NCBI GenBank assembly: GCA_043738625.1
Contig: JAYUFR010000221.1
Location: 2,326 to 66,325, forward strand
Source of the DNA: Sterolibacteriaceae bacterium
GTDB taxonomy: Bacteria > Pseudomonadota > Gammaproteobacteria > Burkholderiales > Rhodocyclaceae
Length of the DNA stretch: 64,000 bases
Direction of reading: 5' to 3'
Made by a program: the position numbers and the translations under genes. Below the pieces are notes generated by a model that saw only the letters and a program-made list of their open reading frames with translations, had not been told where the DNA came from and made no database searches. Of the stretch, positions 62,998 through 64,000 are shown piece by piece. Every line of letters starts with the position of its first letter. The stretch's first letter is position 1.

Positions 62998-63015
62998 GTC
63001 AACAGCTATGTTGAC
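62998..63015. promoter_or_regulatory. perfect copy of the recurrent palindrome GTCAACA-gcta-TGTTGAC
   Basis: Perfect 7+7 inverted repeat about 60 nt upstream of the TonB receptor start (62940). Its minus-strand reading provides a -35-like TTGACT. Confidence 0.55.
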
Positions 63016-63036
63016 AAAGGATAGCGTCCGCGCTTT

Positions 63037-64000
63037 TTATGCGTGCGGTTGACGGGCGCGGCGATGGACGCTCTTGGCGGTGTTGCGACGAAAGTTGGCC
63101 CAGTCGTGAATCGGCCACATGTCCTGGTCCTCACCGTGACCGGACTTTCCATTAATTTCCCATGCAATCAGGCCATTGGAGTCGATAAAGCTGTGGCGGT
63201 TGATCATGATGCCGCTGAGTCGAGATCCAACCGCGTGCAATTTACGGCCGCGTTCGTCTTGCGCGTCAATGATTATCTTGGTAACCCAGCCTTCTTGCGC
63301 ATGGCGCTCGACAATACGCCTACCGGCAGTCAATTCTGCGATCTCGCCATCGCGAATCATGAAACCGTAAGCTATTTCCTCGCACTCACCGACCCATCTC
63401 GTGACCGCCAGAAAGGCGTCGCTTGGCGAGGCGATGCCGGTGACGTAGGCGCTTTTTTTAGGCCGGTGTTCCGGACGCGGGCCCCAGGTCCGGTCGCGCA
63501 TTGCCAAGCAGTCCACTTCGAAGTCCTCGCCGTTGACCGAGATTTGGCCAGAAACGCGACCGAATTGATCGAAGTGGTTTGAGGCACCAAAAGGTGAACC
63601 GGGCCTATGCAGAGCGCGAGGTTGCATCAATCCATCGAAACGCAGGGACATCGTACAGTGCTTGCCATCCTCGAAGCCTAGATCGTAGCTCATGCAGGGC
63701 TCGCGCATGCGAATCGATACTCCCGTCGGTAGTACAATATTTTTTAGATCTTGATCAACCGGCAGTTGCAACGACGAGTAGTTGCTCGAATACAGAGCCT
63801 CCCACGGGAGCTGGGCCGTGTCGTCCCAAATCCACGCTCCGCCGGCAACCGTTCCAATATTGGGCCGTACCATCGTGTACAGCCAGCCACCCATTTTCCG
63901 CGCGGGATGGCAAAACGAAAACCAGCTAGTCTCCGTCATCCACCAACGATCGCCCATTTCGGCGAAGTGGAAACTATCGTCTTCGGGGGTAAAGGTGCGC
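63037..64000 (-). CDS. hypothetical protein (5' end may lie beyond the right window edge)
   Basis: The track ORF is 63037..63957 (MGDRWWMTETSWFSFCHPARKMGGWLYTMVRPN...). The same frame stays open upstream to base 63999 (RTFTPEDDSFHFAE-MGDRWW), so the true start may be outside the window. No family recognised with confidence. Confidence 0.6.
   Translation of the reverse strand, partial: RTFTPEDDSFHFAEMGDRWWMTETSWFSFCHPARKMGGWLYTMVRPNIGTVAGGAWIWDDTAQLPWEALYSSNYSSLQLPVDQDLKNIVLPTGVSIRMREPCMSYDLGFEDGKHCTMSLRFDGLMQPRALHRPGSPFGASNHFDQFGRVSGQISVNGEDFEVDCLAMRDRTWGPRPEHRPKKSAYVTGIASPSDAFLAVTRWVGECEEIAYGFMIRDGEIAELTAGRRIVERHAQEGWVTKIIIDAQDERGRKLHAVGSRLSGIMINRHSFIDSNGLIAWEINGKSGHGEDQDMWPIHDWANFRRNTAKSVHRRARQPHA

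Noticed and set aside
1-64000. I looked for CRISPR arrays, tRNA or rRNA genes, transposases, integrases, phage genes, and toxin-antitoxin or defence-system genes.
   Set aside because: I saw no repeat-spacer arrays, no cloverleaf-like or rRNA-like conserved segments in the few intergenic regions, and no protein with recombinase, nuclease, ATPase-defence or small TA-like features. Reading was by eye and cannot be exhaustive. Very small or non-canonical elements could have been missed.

Overview
This is a densely packed 64-kb catabolic region from a diderm, probably proteobacterial, genome. The taxonomic call rests on two TonB-dependent receptors, a lipobox lipoprotein and Sec signal peptides. 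GC looks like the high 50s percent by eye. I support about 51 protein-coding genes. I recognised no rRNA, tRNA, CRISPR array, transposase, integrase or phage gene, and no recognisable transcription-factor gene.

The content is dominated by oxygenases and CoA-thioester metabolism:
- Four Baeyer-Villiger monooxygenases (16419, 27924, 44390, 49793) and one FMO-type flavin monooxygenase.
- Two cytochrome P450s, one next to a separate PDR-type FMN/2Fe-2S reductase.
- Three HSL-family esterases and two cyclase-family (PF04199-like) hydrolases.
- A quinohemoprotein PQQ alcohol dehydrogenase plus an aldehyde dehydrogenase.
- Five SDRs, four adenylate-forming ligases (one FAAL), two canonical thiolases and a FadB-like bifunctional enzyme.
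- Two crotonases, one HADH, two acyl-CoA dehydrogenases, and family I and family III CoA-transferases.

The overall logic fits subterminal oxidation of aliphatic or alicyclic compounds, fed by TonB-dependent uptake: alcohol to ketone, then BVMO to ester or lactone, then esterase, then beta-oxidation.

Items worth a second look:
1. An 18-bp palindrome, GTCAACA-N4-TGTTGAC, recurs in at least seven intergenic regions and overlaps -35-like hexamers. It looks like a shared operator, yet no regulator gene is present in the window.
2. A P450 / fatty acyl-AMP ligase / ACP-thioesterase cassette with no condensation enzyme.
3. A BVMO operon ending in two thiolase-fold proteins that both lack the nucleophilic Cys and the GHP histidine, plus a cysteine-free DUF35 protein.
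4. A secreted protein combining a carboxypeptidase-regulatory-like domain, a single CxxCH haem motif and a beta-propeller.
5. A seven-gene operon carrying three different oxygenase classes.
6. Four convergent gene pairs whose 3' ends overlap or abut.

Functional calls are family-level, made from motifs read by eye. No database search was possible.
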